From NCBI RefSeq assembly GCF_037042905.1, contig NC_087246.1:13454001-13518000 (forward strand): a stretch of DNA of 64,000 nucleotides. Reading direction: 5' to 3'. Both the position numbers and the translations under genes were made by a program. Positions 63,138 through 64,000 of the stretch are shown here, in pieces. The stretch's first letter is position 1, and every line of letters begins with the position of its first letter. The DNA comes from Lytechinus pictus. Lineage: Eukaryota. The notes below the pieces were generated by a model. It was not told the DNA's origin. It saw nothing but the letters and a program-made list of their open reading frames with translations, and ran no database searches.

Positions 63138-64000
63138 TATGTCCATATGGAAAATACCCCTCCAATATTATTATATTTTTTACCCCATGATGGTTTAATG
63201 GTTTTATTAGAGATTACATTAAACAAATTTTTGACATTCCATCTTAATCCCTTCCCAAAGACCCCAACATTGATGAATTGGAAGAAACGGGGGTTTCTCT
63301 TCAATGTTATAATAAGGACATAAGTATTTCGTTTGGAAATGGTGAACTGGCTCTTTATTTGCATTTTATGATTCAATAATATTATTTTATTTGTTAAGCG
63401 GTATTTTTGGAGGAATTTTCACCAATAAAACAATTATCGCTTGTGATTTTTTTTTCATTTCTTTCGTAAAAAGTGGGGGGGGGGGGATGTTTGTACAGAC
63501 CATCCCCCCCTCCTCGAAAAGTGTGGGGGGGGATATATCCCCCCTCCCCCCCCCCGGGATTTACGCCAATGATTGAACCTGAACAGTTTCAATCATACAT
63601 AAACAGTTTTGTCTTGTACTGGTGTCATTATTTTCAAATCCACATCGCGAGGTTTTTCTGAAAGAATTTAAAAAATCAAATTACAAAAGGGACTTGAACT
63701 ATGAGACTTTTTCCTGTTTAATGAATTGACCTGAAAAATAATCTAATGTATGGGAGAGAGGGGGAGAAAAGAGGGAATTTCCCGTGGTTTATTTTCAAAT
63801 GAATGGGAGAGATAAGGAGAGGAAGAGATATAAAGAGAGAGAGAGAGAAACAAAAAGAAACAGATAGGGAGAGGGTGTGTGTGTGTGGGGAAGAGAAATC
63901 GGAGAGATTTCCGTCATTGAAACCCCATCCTAAATGTCCTACGATTTGTTTCTTCTATTGCTAAGTAACATCAAAAGTACAAACATAAGTATGCTGAATC

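Overview
This is AT-rich eukaryotic genomic DNA with spliceosomal GT-AG introns and two N gaps. The repeat and gene content resembles a sea urchin or other echinoderm (inferred, not proven). The first ~24.8 kb is a patchwork of recent segmental duplications. It carries three intact two-exon copies and one truncated copy of a 225-aa gene whose N-terminus matches Sp5, including the Sp box and the first-intron position. The gene has no Buttonhead box or C2H2 zinc fingers and instead ends in a basic stretch plus an acidic IKDEEEEIIDVVSL tail. This zinc-finger-less Sp5-derived cluster is the best candidate for an undescribed system. A deleted Gypsy-like LTR element with unusual CG termini and a 724-codon repeat-rich ORF sits inside one duplicated spacer. 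From ~25.9 to 57 kb there is a multi-exon SRCR + LRR + rhodopsin-type 7TM receptor gene (LGR/GRL101-like, ~713 aa as modelled). Its introns hold an intact antisense Tx1/L1-clade LINE, a truncated sense LINE and many MITEs. The 3' end has Harbinger-like and hAT-like non-autonomous elements, one of which carries seven RFX X-box palindromes.
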